Positions 62,560-64,000 of a DNA stretch of 64,000 nucleotides are shown here, piece by piece. The stretch lies in assembly GCA_012026655.1 (NCBI GenBank), contig JAAILG010000534.1, positions 1 to 64,000 of the forward strand. The letters run 5' to 3'. This DNA is from Hydrolagus affinis (lineage: Eukaryota). Each line of letters starts with the position of its first letter. Position 1 is the stretch's first letter. The notes beneath the pieces were generated by a model. The model was not told where the DNA came from and did no database searches. It saw only the letters and a program-made list of their open reading frames with translations. The translations under genes were made by a program, and so were the position numbers.

Positions 62560-64000
62560 CTCCATGGCCAGGACGATAGGCAGTGAATGTTCTCTTATTG
62601 GAAGTTTATGACTGCATTTGAGTGACTCTCGAACCTTCTAGAGAAAATCTCTGGCATCTGCTCACGATCTTGAAACTCGTGGCTGTGTGAGAATCAAGCG
62701 TTTGAACCCTGCATTTTATCATTTAAAATATCTGTGCATTTGATATAGTGCTTTTCACATCTCCTAGACGTTTTGCCAGTTTGCTACTGAATTGGCACTG
62801 TGTGTTTGCGCTGTTGAGTTGATTTCACTGCATTACCCAATGTGTCAGAATTCAATTCAAAATCTTGAAAGCCTCAAAGCATTAAAGAAAACAATAGGCT
62901 CAAACTCCATTTGCAAGAGTTAATTTACTTGCAGGCATCATTCATACCTGTGAACAGTAAAAGGAAAATTATGTGTTGTGTCTATCTCAGGTTAAGGAAT
63001 AATTTAATTTTCTGACTGACCATTTTTATTGCCCTACACCAATTTTTTCATCTAGTTTAATAATTTCATCCAGAAAATTATTAAATTTTTTGACTTATAA
63101 TTGCCTGTGAACTTTGTTATGATGCTGCAATGGATCGTTTGCATGAGTGCAGGATTGGAAGTCAGAAACAAGAAAAGGCCATTCAACATAACAAGTGGTC
63201 AACTTCTATTTTGGTGTTAGCAGAATCATTATGATCCTTTTCATTTCCGTCCATGGGCACTGACTTAGAATATTTACCCATCACCTCATTGCTCCCTGAG
63301 TTCTATAGAGTACTTTTCAATGGGTGAATATTCAGCCTTGTTCCTACGTGCAGTAACTTTGACAATATGCACTTATAATGAGATTCTTGGTTGTCATTGA
63401 TGGTAAGAGGGCTATGACAATTGTTCACCATTCTATCCACTGGAGGATCCGGTTCATTGTATTATCTGTGAAATGGTTGCATTTCCATCAGATGTGACTT
63501 GAACATCCATTGTTTTTTCTTCAGATGTGCCCTCTTTCCTATAACTAATGTCAGTGCAGATGAATCTGGACTCAGTTGCGTTGGATGTAACCATGATTAA
63601 GATTTAGCATTTCCATTGCTGTGGGTTACAGGTTATACCTGTAGAAAAGCTGTACAACTGCCCGTCATCAAGTCACTTGGAATCTCTGTAATTGGGTCAC
63701 AGAATAGTCTGTGCAAATGAATTGCATTTTCTTTGCCCCTTCCCTGAGCACCAGTGGTATTGCCTCACCTAGAATTTCCATATCACACAATGAGCATTGC
63801 CAGTGAGGTCAGTGGGTGGGTGAGAACCGGAGCTGGTGAAGCAGCAAGGTTCGCTGGTGAGAGGCCATGACGTTCAAGTGTGCGAAGGTCCTGATGTCGT
63901 GGTAATAAAACAGCTTGGTTAGCCAAACTCAGATTGCCTCACCGATCATAAAGAAGTCACGGAGACATCACTGCTGAGGACACCTTCTAGAATGCAAATT

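Overview
This is AT-rich, non-coding vertebrate DNA (intronic or intergenic) dominated by retroelements. The repeats are a tRNA-headed SINE with an L2-type tail, L2 and CR1 LINE 3' ends, and Deu-SINE relics. This mix resembles a cartilaginous fish, most like elephant shark or another chimaera (recalled, not searched). I cannot support any intact host protein-coding gene: every ORF I can interpret is a LINE remnant or SINE read-through, and there is no CRISPR array, rRNA or intact tRNA. The main observation is a ~210-250 bp palindromic, Penelope-like cassette with hammerhead-ribozyme core motifs. It sits at the same nucleotide site, with a target duplication, inside two SINE copies 38 kb apart (24061-24308 and 62253-62464). 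One of those hosts carries a tRNA-Asp-derived head instead of the family's usual head. Secondary observations are a covarying 3' stem-loop shared by the SINE and two L2 subfamilies, decayed cryptic minisatellites, an exact 21-bp repeat 1500 bp apart, an unclassified two-copy repeat, and several enhancer-like unique segments. All boundaries were read by eye and are approximate.
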